Of a DNA stretch of 64,000 nucleotides, positions 14,600 to 24,844 are shown piece by piece (the stretch's first letter is position 1; each line of letters starts with the position of its first letter). Where the stretch lies: assembly GCA_017514785.1 (NCBI GenBank), contig JAFWIO010000055.1, positions 18,311 through 82,310 on the forward strand. Reading direction: 5' to 3'. A program made the translations under genes and the position numbers. Origin of the DNA: Eubacterium sp. Lineage in GTDB: Bacteria; Bacillota; Clostridia; Lachnospirales; Lachnospiraceae. Under the pieces are notes generated by a model. The model saw only the letters and a program-made list of their open reading frames with translations. It was not told the origin of the DNA and did not search any database.

Positions 14600-16609
14600 C
14601 TAGTCCTCATCAGGGATTAATCTAATAATGTCCTTGAAAGGCATACAAATATCGTCGCACTCTTTTGCTCTATGATTCTTCAAAATCATCTCCGCTGCGT
14701 TTTGCATTGCAGGGAAACCAGTTCTCGTTAACTGATTCGCATAAATCACTATATTAACTCCGCGCTCTTTAAACTCCTCTTCAGTCACAGTGTTGAAAGA
14801 AGTAGGAACTACCACTAGCGGTGTGGTTTGGTCTTTGTCGCGGAATTTTTCTACGAACTCAAAAATCTCTGCTGGGTCTTTTTGACGGCTGTGAATCATA
14901 ATGGCATCAGCGCCGGCATCCACAAACGCAAATGCTCTCTCTAGCGCATCATCCATTCCCTGCTCTAAAATCAAACTCTCAATACGCGCGCAAATCATAA
15001 AGTCCTTGGTTCTCTGTGCCTTCTTGCCTGCTTTAATCTTTTCGCAGAACTCTGGAATATCAGCCTGAGTCTGTTTAACCTCAGTTCCAAACAAAGAATT
15101 CTTCTTTAGTCCTTTTTTGTCTTCGATAATAACCATCGAAACACCCATTCGTTCTAGCGAACGAACTGTATATACAAAGTGTTCTGTTAATCCACCTGTG
15201 TCTCCGTCAAAGATTATTGGTTTAGTAGTAACCTCGCAGATATCGTCAATCGTACGGAAGCGAGATGTCATATCCACTAACTCAATATCTGGCTTGCCCT
15301 TTGCCGTAGAATCGCAAAGCGAACTAATCCACATAGCATCAAACTGACGAGCACCACCTTTTTCTTCTACAACAGTATTCTCTACGATCAAGCCTGTAAG
15401 ACCACTGTGTGCCTCCATCGCGCTGATTGTACCTTTCATAGCAAGTGCCTTCTTAAGACGCGCACGCCTAACATCAGCCGTTCCTAGTTCCGCTCTTGCT
15501 CTCTTCTCAAGTCCTTTATACTGTTCGGAAGTTGAATAAGGAAACTCAATCAACTGTCCGCCATATTTTGCTAATTCTTCAATTACTTCGTCGCGGGTGA
15601 GTTTTTGAACTCCCACTTTCCAATCATCGCCGTGCACAACAAATGCTGGTTTGTACTTCTCTAGGTTGTCTTTGTAGCTTAGAGTATCCTGCTCAACCAC
15701 TTTATGCACTCCCGCAATATTTTCAATCATTGCCTTTCGCTCGGAAAATGGAAGCAATGGGAATCTTTTATAACTAACAACTGCCTCATCCGACAATACA
15801 CCAATGACCAACTTACCAAGTCTCTTGGCCTTTTTGATAATATTAATGTGTCCACTGTGAATCATATCTGTTGAAAAGCACATATAAACCATTCTGTTCT
15901 CAACCTCTTTTAGGCTTTGTGAAACTGCAGTCAGATCATCTTGATCATCAATCTCGTTACACAATCTATCTTCCACATCTAGTGGCACTATTTCACATTT
16001 ATCCGAGACTTCATTCAACGCATTTTCCGCATAGCAATCCGTAGTTCCATCTTCACAGAACTCTACTATCTTATCTAGCCAAACTTTCCAATCAGTCTTG
16101 TTTAGTTTATATAAAGGCTGCGCGGCCATTGCGTCTTCGAAGAAGTCAATGCCCACTTTTTTAATCTTTCCATCAGATATAACTGCCTTGAAATCCTTCT
16201 CCGGCAAAGACAACGTAGAACTAACAGTCATACAACTGCTTTCGCTATTTAAAACATCTTCCAAAACAGTGTTTTCAAACACCAAATCGCCATGCATAAG
16301 AATGATGTCATCATCCAACTCATCTTTTGCACAGTATATACTATAAATATAATTTGTTTCCTTATATTTAGGATTATTCACTAACTTAATTTCAATTGGT
16401 AAATCTAGGCTCTCACAATAATTCACCAACACATCCTCGAATGGACCAGTAGTCATCACTACTTCTTTCACACCAAAATCAACCAGCTGATTAAGCTGCC
16501 TTGACAATATAGTCTCATTAGGAGACACTTCCGTCATACACTTTGGATGCTCAGAAGTTAGCACTCCCATTCTAGATCCTGTTCCTGAATTTAGTATTAA
16601 TGCTTTCAT
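14600..16609 (-). CDS. aepX: Trifunctional NTP-transferase / cytidylyltransferase / phosphoenolpyruvate mutase
   Basis: N-terminal ILNSGTGSRMG NTP-transferase; central DMIHSGH (HxGH) CyTase; C-terminal PepM with signature EDKKGLKKNS. Confidence 0.93.
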   Translation of the reverse strand: MKALILNSGTGSRMGVLTSEHPKCMTEVSPNETILSRQLNQLVDFGVKEVVMTTGPFEDVLVNYCESLDLPIEIKLVNNPKYKETNYIYSIYCAKDELDDDIILMHGDLVFENTVLEDVLNSESSCMTVSSTLSLPEKDFKAVISDGKIKKVGIDFFEDAMAAQPLYKLNKTDWKVWLDKIVEFCEDGTTDCYAENALNEVSDKCEIVPLDVEDRLCNEIDDQDDLTAVSQSLKEVENRMVYMCFSTDMIHSGHINIIKKAKRLGKLVIGVLSDEAVVSYKRFPLLPFSERKAMIENIAGVHKVVEQDTLSYKDNLEKYKPAFVVHGDDWKVGVQKLTRDEVIEELAKYGGQLIEFPYSTSEQYKGLEKRARAELGTADVRRARLKKALAMKGTISAMEAHSGLTGLIVENTVVEEKGGARQFDAMWISSLCDSTAKGKPDIELVDMTSRFRTIDDICEVTTKPIIFDGDTGGLTEHFVYTVRSLERMGVSMVIIEDKKGLKKNSLFGTEVKQTQADIPEFCEKIKAGKKAQRTKDFMICARIESLILEQGMDDALERAFAFVDAGADAIMIHSRQKDPAEIFEFVEKFRDKDQTTPLVVVPTSFNTVTEEEFKERGVNIVIYANQLTRTGFPAMQNAAEMILKNHRAKECDDICMPFKDIIRLIPDED

Positions 16610-16653
16610 GGTTGTTCCTTTCTGGTTGGGGGGTAATTGTTATTTTAATTAAA

Positions 16654-18024
16654 CTATTTTATTTCCATTTCCTTCAAGTATTCCTTTGTCATAAAAACAC
16701 AAAAGTATGGAAATGTGTATATATTATTTGCAACCCCTATATTGCAATCTCCAAATTTAATACCATGCTTTATATCACTATACTTATCGCTATTTATTAA
16801 AGTTGTCAATGATTTAGATCTATCATTATTTGATTTGACTTCAACCGGTATCAATTCTTCAGTATTTCTTACAAAGAAGTCTTCCTCTAGAGTGGAATTA
16901 TCTCTCTTGTAATAATACAGACCAAGTCCCTGTTTCACAAATGCTTCTGCCACAAAGTTTTCGTACAAAGCTCCCTTGTATACGCCTAAATTTTTATTTG
17001 CTCTAAGATCTTCTTGCGACTCCTCATCTAGAGCTGAAACTAGCAGCCCAGTATCCGGATAATACAACTTATATTTAGCGTCATCAGCATTTCCCTTTAG
17101 GGGCAATTCTGGATATGCCAAACAATCACATTTTACAATCACGCCTGAATCAATCAACCATTCTATACACCCTGTATATTCACGTGATCTTGCATTGCGA
17201 CTAATCTTGCTAAATTGAAACTTCTTATTCTCTTTAGCAAGTTGCGCGGGAATACTTCTATATACACTGATAATTTTTGTCTGGTCAAGACCTTGCGCAT
17301 ATTTTCTAACATCTTCTTCATAATCTAATCTAATCTGTTCTTGTTCACTTAATGAAAAAGAGAATGTTTTGGTTGTAACAAATGTCCTTACAACATCTGG
17401 CATTCCACCCAGAACGCAGTATTCCAAAAAAAGAGTTTTATAAACATTCATTTCTGTTTCATTAAAAGGAATATTGCAAACCATATGATTAAAGATATTA
17501 CTTATATGCTCATCTGTGTAACCTCTAGCCCACAAGAACTCTTCAAAGTCCATAGAATACATTTGATAGTCTGTCTTGTTACCTACACTATTACTATGTA
17601 TTTCTTTATAATTTATTCCCAATGTAGAACCACTACAAATGACATCATAGCGTCTATCAATATTAAAAGATTTGAGCGAAGTTGCTACATCTGGATAATC
17701 TTGAATCTCATCAAAAATGATAACTGTATCATTTTCTACAAACTCCTTGGTAGGATCTGCTATCGTGATATTTTTTACTACTGTTTCAACATCATACCCA
17801 TCACTTACAATGGTTTTAAACTTCTTTTCAAGCGCAAAATTAATATAAACTACATTTCCGTAGTTATTCTTTGCAAAATGCATAATTGATTCTGTTTTTC
17901 CAATCTGTCTCGCGCCTTTAACTATTAGCGGTTTATGATTTGGATCATTTTTCCAATTATCCAAATAATCGTCAATTTTTCTCCTCAAATACATAATATC
18001 ACCTCTTAATTCGGAGTTTAACAC
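16654..18024 (-). CDS. AAA_14 ATPase with DUF4143 domain
   Basis: GARQIGKT, IFDEIQ, KLYYPDTGLL, GALYENFV, PVEVKS; likely start at MYLRRKID. Confidence 0.85.
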   Translation of the reverse strand: MLNSELRGDIMYLRRKIDDYLDNWKNDPNHKPLIVKGARQIGKTESIMHFAKNNYGNVVYINFALEKKFKTIVSDGYDVETVVKNITIADPTKEFVENDTVIIFDEIQDYPDVATSLKSFNIDRRYDVICSGSTLGINYKEIHSNSVGNKTDYQMYSMDFEEFLWARGYTDEHISNIFNHMVCNIPFNETEMNVYKTLFLEYCVLGGMPDVVRTFVTTKTFSFSLSEQEQIRLDYEEDVRKYAQGLDQTKIISVYRSIPAQLAKENKKFQFSKISRNARSREYTGCIEWLIDSGVIVKCDCLAYPELPLKGNADDAKYKLYYPDTGLLVSALDEESQEDLRANKNLGVYKGALYENFVAEAFVKQGLGLYYYKRDNSTLEEDFFVRNTEELIPVEVKSNNDRSKSLTTLINSDKYSDIKHGIKFGDCNIGVANNIYTFPYFCVFMTKEYLKEMEIK

Positions 18025-18052
18025 AAAAAAATAGGCTTTTCAATGCTTATTT

Positions 18053-18119
18053 TCACATTTTATGAGCCTATTTTTATGATTTATCACATTTTATGAGCAT
18101 ATTTTTGCGATTTTATCAC
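18053..18119. repeat. About 2.1 copies of a 31-32 bp direct repeat upstream of the DUF4143 gene
   Basis: TCACATTTTATGAGCCTATTTTTATGATTTA / TCACATTTTATGAGCATATTTTTGCGATTTTA / TCAC. Confidence 0.85.
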
Positions 18120-18132
18120 TTTTTATTCTATT

Positions 18133-19311
18133 TTAATGATTGGGGGCACACTTAGAACAAAATGCACCCATATCATTCTCTTCGGTCAATACACAACCAC
18201 AATCTGGGCAAACTCTAATACTGCCAGATTGAATCAATTCCTCTTCTCTATTTAAAACAACACAGTCAGTTTTATCTTCCTCTTTTAAGAAAATTGCTTC
18301 CTCCAAATCGACCTCATCCACATCAACTCTGACATCAATTTCTTCATCATCAATTTCTATATAAAAAGATACCAAAAAATCTAAGTCAAAACTATATTTA
18401 GCCTTGTAATCAATAGATTCCATCCAATAATACCTATCTTCCTCTTTATCATAATATGACATATCTTCATCCAACACACTATATTTAACACTAATTTCTA
18501 CCTTTGCGCTAGATACAATAAGCGCTGACTCATTATCAATATTATCTACATACTTGAAGGAAATAGAATCTATTTTTACAGATTCTATTTCTTTTGTCTC
18601 GTATGAATCTTCTACATAAATTGATGCTGAATATAATTGGTCTTCTAATTGTTTTTTTATTACACCGATCACCTCAACATTATTATATTTTTCAGCAACA
18701 AGTGTTGCCAAATGATTATCTTGAGAGATGACAAAGTTTAGAAAAGATTCCAAATCATCATACAGCTTGTAACCTTCTTCTCCCTCAAACGATTTCTTGA
18801 AACCCTTATCTCCTGTCAGTATACTAATATTACCGCCATCTTTGTTATGAAACTGTTTAATAGATTCCACACAAATTGCGTCTTTAAACTCAAATTGTTT
18901 TCCTTCTTCAAATGGTGACTTTTTTTCAAAAAAATCGTTCACTATTTTGTCAACACTTACTACATCAATAGGAATCTTAATTGATGAAGAACAATCAAGC
19001 AAATCAATCCATAGATTGTGTAAAAAAAATGCCATGTCTTCTTTGTTGATTCTGTTTAATGTTTTATTCCATCTCGCATCATTCCTAAATGGCGCAAAAA
19101 ATCTTCCAAAAATCATTTTATTGTATGACTTTGCCGCTTTTTTCACATTATCTTTTATATGTTGTTCAACTTCTCGAAACACTACTTCGTTATAGAGTAA
19201 TTCGATATAGTTTTCCTTTGCTAACTCTTTCAGTTTCATAAATTGTCTATTGTTAAATGAAAAATTATACTTTTGATATATATTTGTATCCAAAAATACT
19301 TTAATGCTCAT
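18133..19311 (-). CDS. PIN-like domain protein (PIN_12/DUF4935 type) with C-terminal zinc ribbon
   Basis: VFLDTNIY, EFKDAIC, LTGDKGF acidic PIN motifs; CPDC..CSKC at the C-terminus. Confidence 0.7.
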   Translation of the reverse strand: MSIKVFLDTNIYQKYNFSFNNRQFMKLKELAKENYIELLYNEVVFREVEQHIKDNVKKAAKSYNKMIFGRFFAPFRNDARWNKTLNRINKEDMAFFLHNLWIDLLDCSSSIKIPIDVVSVDKIVNDFFEKKSPFEEGKQFEFKDAICVESIKQFHNKDGGNISILTGDKGFKKSFEGEEGYKLYDDLESFLNFVISQDNHLATLVAEKYNNVEVIGVIKKQLEDQLYSASIYVEDSYETKEIESVKIDSISFKYVDNIDNESALIVSSAKVEISVKYSVLDEDMSYYDKEEDRYYWMESIDYKAKYSFDLDFLVSFYIEIDDEEIDVRVDVDEVDLEEAIFLKEEDKTDCVVLNREEELIQSGSIRVCPDCGCVLTEENDMGAFCSKCAPNH

Positions 19312-19841
19312 GCCAATTACTCTCCCTTAGCAGTCTTAATTACACAAATCACCAAATCTTTGTATCAGTCTATTTCTGTACTTTTTGTACATATATATAA
19401 TTATACGTCAAACAACACAACATTCAATTCAAAATAATTATTAACACCCTACACCTTCATATGTCCCATCACCATTACAATGCCATCCATCTTCAGTTCT
19501 TCAACAACACAGTGTAAAACATTCACATACTCCAACTCATTGCTATGCCATCATCACAAGCCATCCAAAACTAATAATCTCTGGTTATTTTTTTACGACT
19601 TCTTATGTAACTGTACCGCTTAATTAAACCGCTCCCACGAACAGATTACGTTCCAACACCTTCTAGTGTTTGTCTTAAATCGCAATATATCTTTGATTGA
19701 TTGTTCTACTCTTCAATGATAGTAGCATAGATATAATGGGAACAAAAAGTGACAAAAGCGAGGTGGTAATACTAAAAATGCGTTATACTTTATGTAAAAT
19801 CAATTAAACCCGGTTTTTAAAAATATCAATCGATTTTTATC

Positions 19842-20747
19842 TTAGTTGTTTTTATTATCAGCACCAATTATTTTTGCTAACTCTAACACTCTTTGTGCTG
19901 TTTCATTTTTGTTCTTTTCCTGTGAAGATGATATTTGTTTATTTTCATTACAATCAAAAAAATATTTGTCAACATATTCATAAATAAATAGGCTACTGTT
20001 GTTATATTTGATTTTGCTTTTATGTGAATTAAAGATTGTATAATTCGCTTTTCCTGTGTAAAAGCTTCTATACATTATTCCATCAAAGCCGGCTTTTCTT
20101 ATATGATCAGCAATTACTTGTGTAACAAAATACTCCTTTTTATCACTTGTGGGTTTGCAGAAGTCGAACATTAATTGTGATATTAATAAGCCCAAACTTA
20201 TATGGTATTCATCATTTAGTTTCAAATCGAACTTCTTATCATCAGTCATAAAATCAATTACTTTTAAGTCCTGTTCAACCTCAAACTCCGCTACCGAAAT
20301 AACATCTCTTATAGTAGTATCGATTTCGGAACATGATGTTTCTTTATCTTCTGCCAAATAGAGAAAAGACATTCCCTTTATATTATTTCTCCCCTCTCCT
20401 CCTTTTCCTAAAGGACATTCTTTTGAATTGTCTTCATCATATCCTGTAGTAAAAAGTAATTTTCCCCCTGATTCTTCGCAATCATTCATACATCCCCAAA
20501 TACCCTTCGACGGAGGATTCATATCCTCAACATCAACTTTTCTCGCCCTGAATAGCTTTTCTCCCTTTTTTAAGGTTTTTATAAATTGTTTTTTTTCGAT
20601 ATCAAAAATTATTTTGTCTAATGTTTTCAATATGAAATTATCACTATAGATTTCGAAGTCTTCTATATCCTCTACAGCTTTTTTGTACTTTTGATGTGTC
20701 ATAAAAGAATAAAAAGCTCTTTCTATTTTTTCCTTATTATTCTCCAT
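19842..20747 (-). CDS. RES domain protein (putative NAD+ phosphorylase)
   Basis: LFRAR, GRNN..FLYLAED..SE, TQVIADHIRKAGFDGIMYRS..NYTIFN. Confidence 0.75.
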   Translation of the reverse strand: MENNKEKIERAFYSFMTHQKYKKAVEDIEDFEIYSDNFILKTLDKIIFDIEKKQFIKTLKKGEKLFRARKVDVEDMNPPSKGIWGCMNDCEESGGKLLFTTGYDEDNSKECPLGKGGEGRNNIKGMSFLYLAEDKETSCSEIDTTIRDVISVAEFEVEQDLKVIDFMTDDKKFDLKLNDEYHISLGLLISQLMFDFCKPTSDKKEYFVTQVIADHIRKAGFDGIMYRSFYTGKANYTIFNSHKSKIKYNNSSLFIYEYVDKYFFDCNENKQISSSQEKNKNETAQRVLELAKIIGADNKNN

Positions 20748-20776
20748 ATATCTCTCCTATGTTATGATATGTCATT

Positions 20777-21634
20777 CTATTTATTGCTATTAACATAAAT
20801 CAACTCTAAATAATTTCGCCCTAACTTTGTTATACTATATGAATCTTGTGACCATATCCGTTTTAGCTTAGGGACCTTTATTCCTTTTGGTTTTGTTTTT
20901 CTATTATCTATTTCCACATCTCTTAAATACTTAATAATTACCTCTAGATTCTCATCCAAATCTTTCTCTTTTCGACTCTGTAAGAGCCCAAACCTTTCTA
21001 ATTTCTCTTTAATATATTTTAACTGTTCAATATTAATTCCAATTTCCTCAATAATGTCATTAAGAGTTTCATCCGTTTCTCTTGCATAAACCCTTAACAC
21101 TCTTATATCTAGGTCACTTAATTGCGAAAGTGTTTTAAAAAACATAAGCGCCATATCATCATTCGTATTATCTGATGAGAGTATATTAATATACCCGTTA
21201 ACTAAATATTTTACCTTTAGTTCTTGTATCTCATCAACGATTTGATCTAGCAACATTTCTGTAACTTTTTTTACATATTCATCATTATTAAGTTGCTCTA
21301 TCCTTTCTTCCATCATATCCGCACGTTCAATTAATTCACTAAACATTATTTTGACATTACGTTCTAATCTGTTTTGCTTATATGCAAGTCTAAATCCAAA
21401 TACTCTAGGTGACACAGCGGCTAATGTATATCCAACAATCTCCGATACCGCTTCATTCACAATACATGGACCAAATTCTCGTACAACTTCTGGCAATACT
21501 TCTGATGCAGTAAAATTAGCCAATTCTTCTTTTGCAGATTCAAAAACATCTGACAATTTATTCTTTTTTTCTTTTTCACTAACTGTATCTTTCATCCATT
21601 TTTCCTCCGAACCAACAGTGCTTTTCCAATTCAC
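20777..21634 (-). CDS. Hypothetical helical protein with C-terminal winged-helix-like segment (Abi-alpha-like, tentative)
   Basis: LSQLSDLDIRVL..KLERFGLL..YSITKLGRNYL pattern; 29 and 66 nt from its neighbours. Confidence 0.4.
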   Translation of the reverse strand: MNWKSTVGSEEKWMKDTVSEKEKKNKLSDVFESAKEELANFTASEVLPEVVREFGPCIVNEAVSEIVGYTLAAVSPRVFGFRLAYKQNRLERNVKIMFSELIERADMMEERIEQLNNDEYVKKVTEMLLDQIVDEIQELKVKYLVNGYINILSSDNTNDDMALMFFKTLSQLSDLDIRVLRVYARETDETLNDIIEEIGINIEQLKYIKEKLERFGLLQSRKEKDLDENLEVIIKYLRDVEIDNRKTKPKGIKVPKLKRIWSQDSYSITKLGRNYLELIYVNSNK

Positions 21635-21700
21635 TATTTATGCACACTTCCTCAATCTACTACAATTATTATTTATAAAAGAGTATTTCTTTCACCCTTT

Positions 21701-23863
21701 CTATTCCATCATTTTATTATAGTGTTCCTTGTATCCTGACTCGTAAAATACCAGCCTGAAAGCTTCTCTAAAAGCATCATAATCAAATTCTTTAAAATCA
21801 AATAAGTTTTGGCCATCCGAATGTGATTCCCTATTAATATATCTTGCAAAAGCGTGATATTTATTATCTTTAAATATCTCCTTTTGGAAAACATTATGGA
21901 GTGGTTGTTTATCTATAAATCCAAAAAAGTATTCAAGAATATTTCTCATGCAATTAGCAAGTAACACTTTATTATCTCTCTCTTCTTTTATGATGTTCCA
22001 ATATGATTGGTAATCATTTTGAATTTCGTTATAATGCATCTCAAAAAAACTGCTTATATTATCATTTTTAACAAGTCTTATTAAAGTTTGTCTTTCATTC
22101 CTTGAATCACCATTTTTACGAACTAACTCATAAAAGAAATAAAGATTATGCGTTAAAACTATTACTTGTTCAAACATGACATTATTCATAAAAGACCGTT
22201 GTATTAACTGTCCAATGTTAAATACATAGATATGAGACATGCTTGTAATTGGATCATCGATGACTATTATCTTTTTAGTTTCCGTATCACGAACTCCCTT
22301 TTTACCTTTGCATAATTCTACGAAGTAAAGAAAACTTATAACCATTTTCTCTCCTTCACTCAAAGACTTAAACACTCCTTTTTCTTCTCCGCGAACAAGC
22401 TTATACATATCTTTATGTTCTTCATCATTTTCGATTCTGAAGTCACTGATCCCTAAATCACGCAAGCCATAGTTAATACTCTTAATTGCTTCCTCAATAT
22501 TAACTGTCTTTTTTTGTGAATCCTCGATGATAGTCCTCTGAGCAGATATCTTCTGTTCAATTTTTTTGTCATTTTCTTCAAACTCTCTAGAGTCTTTTTC
22601 GTTTTTGTTTTTTTTGATAATATAGTCACTAACTATGTCATCTTTATCAAGTCTAATACTGTACCAGAACTCTTCCTTTAGAATTTCTAATTCGTTTATT
22701 CTATTTTCAATCTTTCGATTATAATTTTCAATTTTGTCATTAATATTATTCAAAAAACTATTAATCTCTTCTACTCTGTCATAAACACTAACTAGTCCAA
22801 TTGATGCATTAGGCGTTTTCTGTTTTTCCGTAAATAGGTTTGAATTATCTCTCATTTCGCTTACCAATTCTCTTTTTAATGTATTAAATTTTAAAACCAC
22901 CTCATCATCGATTACAGCATTTTTATTTAATTCAATATTATCTATTCTTTGCAACTCATCCAAATATTGATTATAATAATTCTTTATCGCTTCCATATCC
23001 TTCTCATATGATTCATCAAAAAAACTTTTAACTTCACTTATAAATTCTTTTGTAATAGTATTTGATTGACAAAAAGGACAAACTTGTTTTTCATCTGAGC
23101 CTGCATTAATATAGTCTAATCCCTGCTTGACCCAGTCAGAACACTCTAGTTCATAAATCAACTTAGAAACTGTACTATTTTCATTTCCAACTATTACTTT
23201 ACTTAAAATATCTTTACAATCATTTTCATCAATATCAATAGCAATAGGGTTTATTAATTCTATTTTTTCTTCGCCATTTTTTAATAAAGTTACTTCTTTT
23301 TTTATTTCTTCGATAGTTTTAACTTCATCTTTTTTCTCTACAGAAATAAGATGGTTCATTAATTTGTCCTTATTCCCTTTGTAACCTTCGATACAATATT
23401 CTAAAACTCTATCTCCACCAGAATATTCCGTTTTGATTTTCCACAATTTATCTTCAGTTTGTTTCTTAAATGATTCAAACTCAGTGTTTTTAACATTGAA
23501 TATTTTTTCGTTATTCTCTCTTTCCTTTAAAAGATTATTAATAATATTACTTGCTTTTTCTATCGCTATCTGAGCTTCTTTATTCTCCTTTGAAAGAGTA
23601 AAAATTCCATTAATAGTATCAGCATTATAGAAATTATCCTCAACGAATTGCTGATTATAAACTAGTACATTCTCATTTGAAGATAACCCTTCTATCGTGC
23701 AGTTAACGTACTTTTCCGCCTCTCGATTATATAAATAATTCGACATTGTACTCTTACCCGTTCCATTCAACCCATATATCAAGACTTCCTTTTTATTATC
23801 TGTTTTTAAAATGGCTTCATCTTTATAACTGGCAACATTCTTCATTATTATCCTACTAATCAT
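21701..23863 (-). CDS. AAA_13 / RloC-like ABC ATPase with coiled coil, zinc hook and C-terminal HEPN-like domain
   Basis: GLNGTGKST, CPFC hook, LSEGEK, IDDPITS, LTHN, C-terminal RYINRESH. Confidence 0.75.
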   Translation of the reverse strand: MISRIIMKNVASYKDEAILKTDNKKEVLIYGLNGTGKSTMSNYLYNREAEKYVNCTIEGLSSNENVLVYNQQFVEDNFYNADTINGIFTLSKENKEAQIAIEKASNIINNLLKERENNEKIFNVKNTEFESFKKQTEDKLWKIKTEYSGGDRVLEYCIEGYKGNKDKLMNHLISVEKKDEVKTIEEIKKEVTLLKNGEEKIELINPIAIDIDENDCKDILSKVIVGNENSTVSKLIYELECSDWVKQGLDYINAGSDEKQVCPFCQSNTITKEFISEVKSFFDESYEKDMEAIKNYYNQYLDELQRIDNIELNKNAVIDDEVVLKFNTLKRELVSEMRDNSNLFTEKQKTPNASIGLVSVYDRVEEINSFLNNINDKIENYNRKIENRINELEILKEEFWYSIRLDKDDIVSDYIIKKNKNEKDSREFEENDKKIEQKISAQRTIIEDSQKKTVNIEEAIKSINYGLRDLGISDFRIENDEEHKDMYKLVRGEEKGVFKSLSEGEKMVISFLYFVELCKGKKGVRDTETKKIIVIDDPITSMSHIYVFNIGQLIQRSFMNNVMFEQVIVLTHNLYFFYELVRKNGDSRNERQTLIRLVKNDNISSFFEMHYNEIQNDYQSYWNIIKEERDNKVLLANCMRNILEYFFGFIDKQPLHNVFQKEIFKDNKYHAFARYINRESHSDGQNLFDFKEFDYDAFREAFRLVFYESGYKEHYNKMME

Positions 23864-24013
23864 TTAAACTGTCCTTTCCATAAAAACAAAAACACCTAAA
23901 TTATTTTCTGTCAATTTAGATGTTTATTATATCAAATATTTAAGTATAAGACACTATACCCCAACCGAGTACACAAGTCTGTAAAAGAATATTTCACTTT
24001 CTTCTATTCGATT

Positions 24014-24844
24014 TCAAGAATTCTTTTTCGCTTGTTCTTCTATTTCCTCCTCTGTTCTGTAGTCTCCAGAAAAAATAGAATTGGACTCTAATATTGGAAT
24101 ATCAATATTTAAATCATATTCTTTATTATAATCACATTTTGCAAAACCTGTAATATCAACACCTTTCGGTTTATAACCCACTGGCAACTCTTTATACAAC
24201 GTTAGTCCAATAGGGAATGCTGTTATTTCAGATAAATTTATTACAGTGCCATCAGTTCGGACCATAATCGAAAATCCATTCTGTCTAAACATTTTTCCTC
24301 TATGAATATGAATATAAATACGGTATTTTTCTGTATTAAATTCTGTCGACTCTTTATCAAGCAAATACTTCTTTATATTATCATCTGCTGACAACCCCTC
24401 ATTAATATCACAAAACATTGTCAAGGCCTCTTTAAACAATGCTAATGGATTTGTTTTTTTAAAGTTAATATGAACACATTCAACTGGACTATCTTTGATT
24501 TCTGACAGTACGTATGCCACACCTTTAATAAACTGATTATACTCTGAGGCATACCATTGCCCTGTTTTAGAATTACAATCTGCACATAAGAAATAGCCGC
24601 CTCTTCCTTGCTGTAATATTTTGCCATATTGTTTATCTAAATCAGAAACCGAACTATATGTTCCATTTTCCAGCATAGTTTTTAGATTCACCATCTTTAC
24701 TTTATCATCGTTAAATGCACATTTAGGTGGAACATGTTCAAAAGTTAGTTTTTTTGTTTTTTGGCATAATCTACATGTTCCAATCTCTTTTTTCTTGCTC
24801 ATATCCACTCCTAAATAAAAACACCCAAACCAGGCCACTCCCAA
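24014..24844 (-). CDS. HNH-like endonuclease domain protein
   Basis: CRLC..LTFEHVPPK..LCADCN treble-clef/HNH pattern; likely start at MSKKKE. Confidence 0.55.
   Translation of the reverse strand: MGVAWFGCFYLGVDMSKKKEIGTCRLCQKTKKLTFEHVPPKCAFNDDKVKMVNLKTMLENGTYSSVSDLDKQYGKILQQGRGGYFLCADCNSKTGQWYASEYNQFIKGVAYVLSEIKDSPVECVHINFKKTNPLALFKEALTMFCDINEGLSADDNIKKYLLDKESTEFNTEKYRIYIHIHRGKMFRQNGFSIMVRTDGTVINLSEITAFPIGLTLYKELPVGYKPKGVDITGFAKCDYNKEYDLNIDIPILESNSIFSGDYRTEEEIEEQAKKNS

Noticed and set aside
19312-19841. 530-bp gap with short coding-like stretches (e.g. NELEYVNVLHCVVEELKMDG on the minus strand)
   Set aside because: Interrupted by stops, no start/RBS and no family recognisable; possibly a gene relic but not supportable.
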